From Vicugna vicugna (Eukaryota): a stretch of DNA of 64,000 bases. Below the pieces are notes generated by a model. That model ran no database searches. It had not been told where the DNA came from and worked only from the letters and a program-made list of their open reading frames with translations. Of the stretch, positions 35,626-48,150 are shown piece by piece; position 1 is the stretch's first letter; each line of letters begins with the position of its first letter. The position numbers and the translations under genes are program-made. The stretch is taken from the NCBI GenBank assembly GCA_013265495.1, contig MU063541.1:1130593-1194592 (forward strand), read 5' to 3'.

Positions 35626-38600
35626 AAGCCCAGGAAAGGAAGTGAGGATGGTGGGGTAGGGTGGAAGGTGGGGGTTACGGTCATGTTGCAGAGCACAGAG
35701 AAAAGACTTCCATGAAGTTAGGTCCCCATTCCCACAACCTCAGACTGTCTCACAATAGATTTTACATCAGGCTGCATTTTCAGGAGTAAACATGGTTACC
35801 ATGTCTTGAATTTTGTTCCCAAGCTGGGAGAAATTAAATCGAAGGCCAGGTTTCTCTCATCCTTCCTTCAGCATCAAACCACTTCTCCAGGACTTTGTCA
35901 GAGGACTTAAGTAAAATTATTTATTTAATTTTTTTTGTTAAACAGCAGATTTGCTGTCCTAATTACACTTTGCTTGAGCTTATACTGAAATGAATCTGAC
36001 TCCCCTGAGGACACACCAAATGACAGGGGGAGGAGGCCACTTGGATGCGGGCTGAGTGGGTGGATGGCCTGGAGCGGTGGGGGGACCGACCCAGAAGTTT
36101 AAATCAGCCCAGGCTCGTTCTTACCCAGGGAAGCTGAAGCAGAGAGAGGAGGATACCCACCAGAGTTATCATCCAAATGGAGAGCTCAAACTGAATTATT
36201 AAATCATTTACAGAGCATTTCCCCTCAGTCTGTCTGAGACTAGTGTCGCCCCAGGTTGGTCTCCCTCCACCTTACAAAAAGAGGAGTTAAGAATTGGGTT
36301 CAGCTGTTAAAAATTTTTTCATCCACTCAGCTGTAGTTTTGAAATAGAATATCTAGCACCAGCGTTTTTAATCCCAGCTCTGTCCTGTTGTCTCTAAAGC
36401 AATGAGTCGTCTTCTCCTCCACTGAAGACCAGTCTGGAGGCAGGGGAGTGAGACTTGAGAACAGGCCACAGCTGAGGGGTGGGGCAAGGGCCAGTTCTCC
36501 ACAGGGCCCTGACCACTCATGGTTGAAAGCAGGTCACTGTCACCTGATCACTCAAGTTTGCTGAGTGGGGTAGAGGGGCCTGGAAGACCACGTGGCCTAG
36601 CAGACCTGAGCTCCTGCCTGTACACGGGACCGGGACCCCTCTTGGGACCTGCTGAATCAGATCTCTGGGGGTGGAGGCACCAGGCAGTTCTGCTGAGTAA
36701 CAGGGCTTGAGATGGGCTCTTCATTTATAGGGAAAGACCAAGGATCAAAGAAGGGACTTGCCCAGAGCCACAGCTATTAGCAGAGCCTGGATGGAACGCA
36801 GAGCTCCTAACTCCGAGACTAGACCCCTGCCTTAAGGTACTCAGAGGATGGAAAATTAATTTATGTTTAGATTAAGTAAGACAAAATCAGGATGGCGCAT
36901 CTGTCTGTAGGCAAATCAACACGGGGCCAAAGAAAAATGACTTCTTGATGACCACATTGGTGTTTTCCCTCTGCAGGATAGGGGGCCAGGTCTTGTGTTG
37001 GCCAACAACTAAGGCACAGATAGAAATTCCAGGCTCAGTTCTGCCCCAGGCTACAGGGGTAACCTAGTGAATACCTCCCCTTTATTGTCTTGGATGACCA
37101 TCTGCAGAAACAGACCAACAGCTGCTTGGCCTCTGTCAAAAAGGCCAAGGGGAGGGAGGAGCACGTGCCCGGGGCGGCTATGGGTCCCTAGCTTAAAGGG
37201 CCTGGACAAACAACAGCTGTTCCTGTCCAACAAGCCCCTCCATACCTCACTCCTTCACTAACTGTGGACTGAGCCCCTCTGGGCTCTGCAGCGTGGCACT
37301 AGGAACCAAGGGAAAACACAGGTCTTGCCCCTCAGGAAAACTTAGAGAGATAGACAGTGACAAATGAAACCAGCCAAGAATAGAGCACTGACAGGTGAAC
37401 GGGAGCAGTCACATGGTACTCACCCTGGGCCTGGGGAGGTTGAGGGGTGGCCCCCTCACAGGTCTGCACCAACCAAGAGCCCACTGTTCCCTCAAGGCTC
37501 AGCAAGAAGCAAATGAAGGTTTAGGTTCCAAGCTGCCTCAAAGGCCCCCCTGCCCTGGATCTGTCCCGTAGTTCCTCCCCAGGCACCTACTGGAGAAGCA
37601 ACCACCTCTGATAACCTGTGTTCACAACCCTCTTCTTGCTCTGGCTCAAAAATCATCATTTTCCAGAATCCATTCCAGTTTCCCCTCATTCCACTGTCAT
37701 TTACACGGAGGCAGTGGGAACCTCACATCAACTGCTAAACCTGGCTATGACCTGATTCCCCTGCGAAACTAGAAGAGGTGCAGAAACCCAGGCTCCCTGC
37801 TAGCCCCCTGAATCTGAATCTTGGGTGGAACCTAGCATCCTAGCTACCAAGGCACCAGAATCATGGCTAAAATGGAAGGTTGTGGACCAGAGGTTGGAGG
37901 CCTGGGTCCCAGCCTCTGTAATCTGCCGTAAAACTATCTGTGTGTCTGCAGGAAGCCTTCTTAGCAGCCTACCCAGCCCAGGGACGGAAGTGCTCCAGAA
38001 GTGAGAAACAGCTGAGCCCCAAACACCTGGCCCTCCCTGGGCTGCAGTCTCCACACCTGTGAACGAAGGGCTTGGACTTCCAGGCTAATAGCAGTAGCAG
38101 CCTCGGGGGAGACTGTGAGTCACATTGGTGCTTCCTCCCCACTGTGGTCCAGCAGTCTCCCCAGAGTGTCGATACAATGTTCACCTGTGTAGTTAAAAAA
38201 TTATGTGACCACTGGTGGCTGGGACTCTTCCTTCTCAGCATCAGAGGCTGTTCATAGCGCTGGCTTTGCTAGAGAAGGAAGGATAACGCTGGGTCCCCAG
38301 CTACAGAGATCTGATCCGGAGCCTGGGATGCATCAGCCAAGGAGGGGAGCCACATCCAATCCTTTCTCTTCCCTCACTCTCCATGTCAGTGGAGAGGCAG
38401 CAGGATATAAACAAGGGGTAAGGACTAGAGTCAGAGGGGCGGTGTCTGCAGCCCCAGGAAGTGAGGATGGAATTCTCACTGCACTCCACAAATGGTGGGC
38501 CTCTCTCCCTGAGCCTCTCCTGATCGCCTTTTGGTTTCTACTTCTTGAATTCCAATAGCTCGGAGAAGACAAAGAAAATATATTCAGGGAAGAATGGTCT

Positions 38601-40679
38601 CTCCTGGAATCTCCTCTGGCAGGGTTTCTTAGGGGAAAAATGGAAGTGGACTGTTTCTCGGGCCTCCAGAGAAATAGCCCCACTGCCCCATGCTGTCTGT
38701 GGAGTTCCAACTCTACTGGGCCCACCCTGCTGACCTGAGCCACCAGCACCCTGTGCCCAGACTAATGCAGAAGCCTTGTGACCAGACCCTCCAGTCCCTG
38801 CCTTGCTTCTCCCAAGGCAGCCAGGGTCATGGCTTGAAGTAGACATCTGATCTCATCACTCCCCTGTTTAAAACCTTCACTCTTCTTCCTCCTCCTCCTC
38901 AACCCCTCACAGAGGTCTCTGGGTCCCATGTGACCTGCCCACTGTCGACCTCTGCCATCCCATCACTCCTTGTTCACACCTGTGCTTGTCACACACCTGC
39001 TTTCTGTCCCTGAGCAGGCAGGATCCTTCCTACCTCGGAGCCTCCACATATGCTGTTCCCCTGCCCACCACACTCACCTCCTGGCCAACTCCTCTTGATT
39101 CATTCTGCATTCATTCCTTCAACCAATCAGGTACCAGGCATTGTTCAAAACAAGGGTGCCTCCTCCACCCCAAGCATATTCTGAGGGAGGTAGTGAGAGG
39201 TGGTATATAAACAAAAAGCTCACCATGTGTTGTGGTGCTAAGTGGGGGAGGGTATCAAGAGCAATGGAGATCAGGGTTTTAAACAAGGGACCAAGGACGT
39301 CTCTCTGAGTGACGAGTTGAAAGCAGCAAGGGAGCAGGTTGCCTCTCAGTGCAGCCTCATCACCACCCCCACCCAAATCAGGCCCCTGACATCTCTTTCC
39401 ATTTCCTCTCCTTCCTAGTACTCAATGTGCTTGTATTTGTTTGTGTGACTATGTGTTAGATAAAATAAGCCACGATCCACAACCAGTCTGTACCCTTCTG
39501 TCTCCAGCACCTAGCCTAGTGTCCAACGACTGTCACTTACCAGGTGAGAGATATTGGTCAAGTTATTTAACCTATCTTTGACTCAGTTTCTTCGTCTGTA
39601 AAATGGAGCTAAGGACACCTACTCTGAGTTAATACATACACTGTTCTAGCACTTAGAACAGTGCCTAGCACACATGGAGCCCTCAACCAATGTTCCCCTT
39701 TAGTTCGAGAGTGTTTGAAAACTATGCATAGAACGAATGATGGAATGACTCCATGAGCAGGAAATGGGGTGTGGAAATACTTGGGGTCACATTCTCCAGT
39801 CACTGCAAAGGGGAGGCTCCCAGCCTGCTTCTTTTTCCATCAGAACTTGCTACTCACTGCTAGTAAATCTCTCCTGGGGGGAAAAAAAACCAGAAACCAA
39901 CAAAACACCCAATAGATTCAGGAGAATAATGAGCTGATATGTGAATGGACACTCTTTTCTCCCTTGGGAGAGCTTGGGGACTTAGGTTGGAAGGGAGCTC
40001 TTTTGCTTTGCATCTCCCAGTCAACAGCCTCACATCTGCCCAGGCCAGGAGGTGGCTCTCTCATTAGCTTGCAGCTTCTTTCCTCCCCTCACTGCAGCCT
40101 CTCAGGATTTAATCGTGAGCACGCCTGACCAGCCACATGCTTCTCCTTTGAATTGCTTTCAGAAGTGCACATATCCATTTTGCTGCAATGATCAATATAA
40201 TCATTCATGAAAATGAGCCGTTCCCTGCCCTGGGACCCAATTATTTTCTTGTGGAACCTGCGGCTGCAAAAATATATTGTTTTCCAGTTAACTAGTAAGT
40301 GCTATTTTTATCTACAGTTTCCCCATTCCTGATCTTTCATTATTAGTGAGAGGCTGCAGTTTAAACCTGAGTCCAAGTTCTTTTCGTCTGCTGGGCTTAA
40401 GTCACCAGGCTGCCACTGACTCTAAGGAAGCCCCCAGAAAAGTGTTTGTGGTCAGTCTCCCCCTCCCTTCTGCCCTTGTCAACACGAAGGGGAGGGAGGG
40501 AGCAGGTCTTTCTTTGAAAGCCCTCTCCAAGCACACACCATCTCTCCAGGGAGTTTTGAATGGGTGGGCAGGGAGGTTGTTTGGATTGGCCTACCATGCT
40601 AGCGTTTATGCAGAAAAAGGACCACAGGGAATGCCAAATCTCAGGGGCTTTGAAATCAAAGGGGCCTGGGCTGGGATGG

Positions 40680-40830
40680 CAGCTCTGTTCCTTAAGTAGC
40701 TGTGTGGCCTCAGGCAACTTACTTCACTGCTGTGGGCTTCTATCTCCTTGCATATAAAATGGGATTAATACTGACTACACACAGGGGTTTCATCAGGACT
40801 GAATTAGGTGACATACATCATGGTCACCTA
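40680..40830 (+). mobile_element. MIR
   Basis: tagctgtgtggcctcaggcaacttacttc...tataaaatgggattaata. Confidence 0.6.
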
Positions 40831-40859
40831 GTCTTCCCCAACTCAAAGTGCGACACATC

Positions 40860-41610
40860 AATCACTGTGGTCTACTCCACTTCCCTAAAGGGCACCTCAT
40901 CCTGTCAGTTCCTCAGGCCAAAAACCTCGGCATCCTTCTGCCTCCTCTCTCATAATTTTCATCCAATCCACCTGCACCCTCTCCACCTTCACAACCTAGC
41001 AGACACACCTGGTCTCCCCCCCCCATCTCTCCTGGATTCCCACAGCAGCCTGAGTGATTTGCTGCCACCTTTGCTCCCTGACAGTCTGTTCGTCATATGA
41101 CAGCTGGTGTGATCCTGAGTCCGATCATGACATCCTTCTGCCAAAACCCTCCAAGGGCTCTGTTCACTTAGAGTACAAGTCAGGTCCTTACGGACCCTTC
41201 AGGGGCCTCATGACCGACAATGGCTCTATCCTCTCCAGGCATCTCCATCCACTCCCCCCACAGCCCCCGTATGCCCTCCAGACACAATAGGCTCCCACCT
41301 CGGGCCTGGGGACGTGCAGTTCTCTCCACGTAGCAGGCTCTTCCCCCAGGGGGCTGCATGGCTCAGCTCCTTCTCTGCCCAACTGTCACCCTATCAGAGA
41401 ATGTCCTGAACATAAAATTGCACCCTTCTCCCTCTCTATTCTCCACACTGTTTCTTCACAGCACTTATTAACTTTTCACCACTCAAATATTTTATGTCTA
41501 TGTTTTGTGTGTGTGTGTGTAATCTGCCTCTCTTCCTAGAATCTGAGCACTGTTGTAGTCAAGGTGCTTAAAACAGGGCCTGACAAAAAACACTCGTTGA
41601 ATAAATACAT
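40860..41610 (+). mobile_element. L2 (L2a-like) 3' portion
   Basis: tcaggccaaaaacctcggcatcc...tcctggattcccacagcagcctg...ends ctcgttgaataaata. Confidence 0.65.
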
Positions 41611-42399
41611 AAAGCAAGCAACAAAATGCCCAGCTCATGGGTAAGCAGGAACTCAACGTTAACTGTTTTAACAGAACGTATGTGTTCCAGAAAACCTACT
41701 ATAAGAATCACAAAACCTTTCCATATCAACTCCCACTCCCATATTCCTGGGTTGACAATATCTTGAGCTCACAAATGAGGAAACTGAGGCAAGGAAGGTA
41801 TTCCCCAGGAGGCAGGAACTCGAGTTTAAGAGCGGCCACCTGCCGCATGAGCGCTCCCTATGTGCCTGGACATCCTGGATCCCATCTGGTCAGCACAATC
41901 CAATGAAGTCGGTTCTATTTACTCCCACTCTAAAGGTGAGGAAAATAAAGCTAAAAGAAGTTAGGTATTTGCCCACAGTCGTTCCAGGTGGTCTCCCTAA
42001 TGGGGAAGGAGTACCCCTGGGGATGCATGAAGATGTTTCAAGGGACAGAAAGACACAGCGTAAGAGGAATAAATTTCAGCTCAGTTCCCCAAGTGTCTCC
42101 CTATGGGGACAGATCAGCCTTGGGATGTGCTGCAGGCTATCCTTTCCCAGGCCTCCCTTCCCACTCATCCATGTCCCATGTTCCAAAGGAAGGCATAACT
42201 ACCAACACATGCCAAATCTTACTAAGGTGCACTGTCCCACAGTGCAAAGTACCCCTGGTACTACAAAGGGATAATTCAACATATCAATATTCATGCTGAG
42301 AATCTGACTGCTTATAGTGACTAGGTGACAAATCCTCCTCCTGAATCAGATGGTTTCTAAACCTTTGCCTTCAGTAAAGTTAAAGGAGGACCTAAAAGA

Positions 42400-43100
42400 A
42401 TTGTTGCCTGACAGGTCATTAATAATTGATGTTAATGACAGATCATTGTGATTTGTGCCCATAACTCAAAAGATGTTCAAAGAATTTAGTAATATTGCCA
42501 CAACAAAATGCTTTCAAGTCCTGTGTATTTGTTTACATGAACCAACTTTTTCAGTGCTTACAGGGATGAGGAAAAAAAAAAAAAAGAAAAAGCTCTGCTC
42601 ATCCCAGAAAATATACATGGGTGCATATACAAATTAAAAAAAAGAAAAGTTGCACTCAGCTGATAAAGAGAAGCATTTCAAATAAAACTTACGTTTAACA
42701 ATGATCACAACTAGCTGTTTTGGTCAATTGTGTATTTCACAATGTTAAGAACTCAATCCAAAAGAAAATATTTAATATTATAACAACACAATTTTCAAAA
42801 ATGTTTTAATTTTTGCATTTTTGTTGCAGAGAAGTAGGACCACAAATCGAAGACTCGAGCATAAAATCGATTTTACTAGAAAAAAATTCTGTGGAGGAAA
42901 TAAGGTGGTAAAATTTCAACTATTAAATAAAAAATGGTTCATGTATTCTTTTCGAAGGATGAGGGAAGTCAAAACACTACAGTATTTAGATTCCATTGAA
43001 GATTTAAATGCCTGATATAATAGTTTTATTTTTCAATGTCAGTACTTACAATTAACCAGAAATCAGCTCCTTTCCAACTACTGAAACTTTCGGAGAAAAA
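42400..43100 (+). mobile_element. hAT/Charlie-type DNA transposon fossil
   Basis: Translation KEFSNIATTKCFQVLCICLHEPTFSVLT resembles the hAT C-terminal dimerisation motif (recalled as E(Y/F)xxLSxIAxxxLLPFxSTYLCExxFS); AT-rich flanks. Confidence 0.5.
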
Positions 43101-44163
43101 TTTTAGCAATCTAAAAACGTGAGAGTGGGTAGTTTTCAAAACAAAGTGAAGCTCACTGCTACACAAGCACCAAGTGAGGTTCTGAACCCTTTAAACAAAT
43201 TACTCAGGAGGACAGATTCAGATCTTGCTCGAGACAGAAGATTTGGTGGGAATTTAGGACCCTGCTAAGGAAAATCCACCCCAACCGGCCTGTCCACTTC
43301 CTATCATCAGCCAGATTTCCAGCACTTGATCATGTCCCTAGTCCTGTCTGCACCCTGCCAAATTCATCTAATTTATTTAGGCAAAATCTGCACCCCCGGC
43401 CCCCAAAGAAACCATCCTCAAAGGCTTCCATTTCCTAAAGTTTAAAATTAGGACTAAATGTCAAAGTTCATTCGGGTGATAACTTCCCCATGACTAAGGG
43501 AGATTTGAAAATCTGAAAACTTCGTAAACAAACTCAGCGCCAGAGGTGCCAATGCCTCCATCTGGGAAGCCAGGGATAAAGGAAGAAAAGCCGGTGGTTG
43601 GGCTGCCCTTTTTACTCATCAGTGGATGAGTGGGAACTCCATGCCACCATTTTTCATGAACAGAATGGGAAAGGTACCCAAGGTCACACAACTGGAAGTG
43701 GCAGAGGCTGGACTCAAAAATCAAACTTAGGTCTGACCACACAGGTCTAAAGTGCAGTAGCTTTGCACTGAACCTGGGTTTGAAGATACAATTCCCGCCG
43801 CTTTCTAGTTGTAAACCTTTCTCCGTATCCACAGCTAAACCGGGAAAACAACAGCTTGCTTAGTAGGGTTGCTGTCGAGGAAGTGAGCCATGGATGTAAA
43901 AGCATTTGACTTAGGGGCTCCTACGTAGTATGTCCTCAATAAATTGTAACCCTGGCTTGGAAATAAGGCGCGTGCTCTACGCTCCACCACGCAGCTCGGC
44001 TGGTGCGCCCGGAGCCCGGCCACAATGCCTCTGGGGTAGACCCAGTCCTCTAGGCGGGGTGGTCTGGACGCGAGAGAAACAAACCAGCCCCGGCAGCAGT
44101 TGCCCGGACCGCCCCCTCCCTGGAGCCCGGCCGCTCCACCTGCCCATGCGGCGCGCTACGTAC

Positions 44164-44290
44164 CCGTGGCCTCTGACCCGGCCTGGGCCGCAGTCGCTTG
44201 CCCAATCTCAGAGGCTCTTACTGGGTAGCTCCCAGAGGGCAGGCGGGGCTTCGGGAGCGTGCGCGCACGCTGACCGGATATCCGGCCAGC
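44164..44290 (-). other. DCAKD: Candidate proximal non-coding first exon of DCAKD (5' end not defined)
   Basis: Minus-strand donor CGG|gtacgt at 44163-44158 inside a CpG island, with GC boxes immediately upstream on the minus strand. The TSS is inferred only. Confidence 0.5.
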
Positions 44291-44296
44291 GGAAGG

Positions 44297-44375
44297 AGGC
44301 GGGACCAGAGAGGAGAGGCGGGACCAGAGAGGAGAGGCGGGACCAGAGACGGGGGAGGGCGGGACCTAAGAGGGG
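44297..44375 (+). repeat. 19-bp minisatellite AGGCGGGACCAGAGAGGAG, 2 perfect + 2 degenerate units
   Basis: Units start at 44297, 44316, 44335 and 44356. Confidence 0.9.
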
Positions 44376-45323
44376 AGAGCCGCGAAGGCGCACAGCTCTA
44401 GATCTCTAGGCAGGTGAGGACAGTAGGGTTACTCCCCTCTGGAAGCCAAAGCCTTCCCACGCTGGGGAAAAAACCTGGAGAGTCCTAGCTTCAAATTCAG
44501 GACTAGCTGTGCAGTCTCTGGCAATAGCAACGATAGCCACGGTAGTTAACTGAACACCTTATACCGGCCAGGTCCTAAAAGTACTCAGTACGCATAATCT
44601 CACTGAAATCTTTAACAGTCCTTGAAATGGATATTGTCATCCCCATTTTACACAAAAGGAAACTGTTATTTAAAGGTTAACACCCTCCCTTACAGTAACA
44701 GTTGGCTGGAGAGCTCATTCTGTCCATACAAGCCTAGCAAGTCACTGAGCCTCTCATTCTGCCTCTTCTATCGAAGTGCAGATAATCGCCACTGTGCTGC
44801 TTGTTGAAAGAACTGGAAATACATAAAAGCATCTAATGATGCCTCATATATAGTGGGTGGCCTTTTATTAACTCCTACCTTGCCTCCTTTCCCTCTCCCT
44901 AAACTGCACCTCTGCTTTCTGCGTCCTTTAAGGCACTAGTATCCCTAGTGCCTAGAACAGTGCCCAGCATAGTAGAGATTCAACACATAGAAGAATGAAG
45001 TAATCCAACATCTTTCTCTTGTCACTCCAGTCCCTGAAACCTTTCTCTTTGGCTGCCATCACCCAATAAATAGGATTGCATCTCATGATCAAAAGGGCCA
45101 TTTGGTCCAAACACCTGTCCAGTGTTTGAATCTCCTCCACATCATCTCTGCTACCTCTACTTGGACATGTCAAGTGTTAGGGAACACACTGTCTTTTGAG
45201 GCAGCTTCATGCTGTCTCAAAAAGGGCCCTATGGGTCATACAAAACAATTCTAATTCCATTCCATAGTTAGATCTAATGGCCCAGTCCCCTTTCTGGACC
45301 AAACAACTTTCAGATAACCTAGT

Positions 45324-45484
45324 CTGGTGGTTCTCAACCTTTTCCTACTCCTGACACATCAGGGGGATACTTAGACTCCCATCAGTAACCATGGCTGGCC
45401 ACGGCAGTGATAGGAATAGAAAGATGCCTGCTTCTCCCCCAAATTGTTAAGCTCTTCCTGGGGTATACCGTTAGGAACCCCCTG
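45324..45484. mobile_element. hAT-Charlie-type MITE
   Basis: Imperfect terminal inverted repeats (tggtggttctcaacc ... gttaggaaccccctg) similar to the CAGTGGTTCTCAAC consensus. Confidence 0.4.
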
Positions 45485-46539
45485 CAAGATGATCCTGCTA
45501 ATCCCAGATTCTGCCTTACAGTGTTGTGAGCTATTGGTGTACAAGTGGGGACCCTGTTTTCTAAGTAGGTATCCTGTTGGTCCAATCTGCCAACAGCAGC
45601 TGTATGTCTGCTCTGGGCTATCCCAGAGGAAAGACTGAAGGGCTGCTGTAGGGGTTTCAACCCAGGAACCTCCTCTGAACTGAAGCTCTGCCTTTGCAGT
45701 TTTGAGGTGATACCATGAAGAGCTTTTTCAGCTCTAACATACATCCTCCATTGTTCAGGATGGCAATAATAAACTTTGAGCTGGTGCTGGCTGCTTACAC
45801 AATCCCCCTTCATCCTGACAATGACCTGCATCTCAGTCAACCTTGTGTCCTTAGATCTTGCATGATGCCTGGACTATGGAGGGTATTTGGTGAACAACCC
45901 TCTGAGTCCAATAGGGATGACTCCTTTGACTCCTGGGTCTTTGACTCTAGGTTTTAAAAATTAAACTTACCTTCCATATGTTTATTTTAAATAAATATTA
46001 ATATGCAATTAAATTTATACCATACCTCACAAATATCATTAATATTTATCCTTTATTAAACAGCTTACAAGAAAAAAAAAAACCTTCCCATAGGTTGTCA
46101 CCAGCTGCAAACTCCGAAGATAAGCCAGAAACTCAAGGCCTTCTGTGACCTGGCCCCTGATCACCCCTCCAGACATATGTCTCACCACATGTCTCACCAT
46201 ATGTTCCTCCTTGGGAAAGGCAAGGGAGGAAGGTAATTTAGTTATTGTACCAGACTTCGTGTTAAAACACCAGGTTCAAGTCTGAACTCACAGGAAGTAG
46301 CAGTGAAACTCTGGACAAGTGATTGAACTTCTGGTTTTCTTATTGTAAAACAGACAACTCCTGCTTATTGCACAGGGTCAAACAAGACAATTCATGGCAG
46401 GGATCAAACAAGATAGCCTGTTAGCACATTTTGTGAGCAATTAAGCACTATATGAGAGTAAGTGGTCCCAGCCTGGGCCTTCTTGCGTCTGCCTTGTTTG
46501 TAACATTTCTGCACCTTGAGGCCTTGTTCCTTCTTTCTC

Positions 46540-46900
46540 ACTATTCACTCATTTACTCACTCCTAGATTAATTAATCCAACACATATTAACTGAGGGCCC
46601 ACTGTGTGCTGGCCCAAGAGATACAGAGGTGATTACAATCTAACCTGTTCACAGAACACAGGATCTTGTCAGGGAAAATGGTTGCAAATTGAATAACCAC
46701 ACAAACAGAAGTAAAACTGCAGCTGTGACTCCAGCTTAGGAGTGGGTCCACAGGGCTCCCAGAAGCTATAATGCGGCATTCAGCACTTAAATTACCTCCA
46801 AGGCCAAGTTCAAAGTCTGTTCTCTCCAGGAAGCCTTTTCTAACAATGCTGCCCCAGAGATCTGTACCCCCTGCCCCACCCCCAACTTCAGTTAACTTAT
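46540..46900 (-). mobile_element. L2 fragment
   Basis: tattcactcatttactcactc...acatattaactgagggcccactgtgtgctgg. Confidence 0.5.
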
Positions 46901-47084
46901 CTATGTAGTTCATTTAATCATATCCAGTCAGGCCTTGTTACTTTGTTTTCAAGTGTGCCTGGTTTTTATGATTTCACTGCCTTCTGAGTAGGGAATGCCT
47001 GGCACACTTTTTCTTAAATCCCACAGTACCAAGTAGAAGACTGGACCCCCTGTGCTCAAGGCCCTGTGTCAGGGACTGTCGTAG

Positions 47085-47129
47085 GAAGGAAGGAAGGAGG
47101 GAAGGAAGGAAGGAAGGAAGGACGGAAGG
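47085..47129. repeat. (GGAA)n tetranucleotide repeat, imperfect
   Basis: Read directly from the sequence. Confidence 0.85.
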
Positions 47130-47299
47130 GATACCCTTCCTGAAAGTGAGCTCCAGGGGAGACAGGAAGCTGGCAAAGGCCATCTCCGTATCCCTTCTTC
47201 CACGATTGAGCCCACTAGCCCAGTTCCTCAGAGGATAAAAACTCTCGCCCTTAGGACAGCCAGGCTGTATGCAGTATGATCTTTCTTCAACAAAAATTT

Positions 47300-47800
47300 C
47301 ATAACTCTTCCCCAGTGAAAAATCCTTCAGTGGTTCTAGAGTCTTCAGGATAATGCCCAAACTCCTCCACATGGCATCCATATCCATTCATGGTCTGACT
47401 CCCAGCTGCCTCTCCAGTCTCAGCTTCCAAAATGCTTCCCACCCTATAAGCATTCTCACTGTGGTTCCTCAAAAGCACCCAACTCTCAGGCAGCTGGACT
47501 TTCATACCTCCTGCCTAGGATGTCCACCCCAGTTTGTCTGCTTCTTCTACAAAAATTCAGCTTAGCCATGTTTTCCTCCAGGACCACTTTCCCCAGGTTA
47601 AGGGTCCCCCCTGCTCCAGACTCCTGCTACATCCTGTGGTCCCCGCTCTCTCCTGCACTGTGCTGTAACTATCAGTCTGTATACCTACCAAATGTGCAGT
47701 GAACCCAGGGCAGGGACTGTGTTGTTTCCTACCTGATTCTCTAGTTCCTGTCATAGAGCCTGACGTGTCGTGAGTGCTCCAAGGTGTTGGCTAAATGAAT
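47300..47800 (+). mobile_element. L2 fragment
   Basis: aaaatccttcagtggttct...caaactcctccacatggcatcc...ends gttggctaaatgaat. Confidence 0.6.
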
Positions 47801-47939
47801 CATGAAGGCAACCTGGCTCACGCCTTTCTAGGCCCACCAGAAGAAAGTGATCTGCTGGGTGGACAGCAAGGGCCTTGATCTGGGATGGACATCATGAGAA
47901 AAGTTTTCTTTGATCATCAGTAGTAACGCTGACTTCCTG

Positions 47940-48150
47940 GGAGGTGAAATAATTTATTGGGTACTGACTGTCCCAGACACATTATTAAGTGTTCTGTGTG
48001 CACTGACTCATTTTACAGATGAGGACACTGAGACTCAGAAAAGTTGTGACTTGCCTAAGGTCACTCACTAAGTCAGAGGCAGAGCCAAGCTTAGAACCCA
48101 AAGAGTCAGACACTGGAGCCTGATTTGTTAACCACTATATTCTACTGTCT
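47940..48150 (-). mobile_element. MIR
   Basis: cattttacagatgaggacactgagactcaga...gacttgcctaaggtcac. Confidence 0.7.

Larger units (their letters stand above)
43960..44420. promoter_or_regulatory. CpG island, probable proximal DCAKD promoter
   Basis: CpG-dense, four GGCGGG boxes in a 19-bp tandem repeat, NRF1-like and ETS-like palindromes, minus-strand splice donor at 44163. Confidence 0.75.

Noticed and set aside
41833-41846. Second CTCF-like motif (minus strand GCGGCAGGTGGCCG)
   Set aside because: Mismatches at conserved positions and adjacent to MIR-like sequence; too weak to call.
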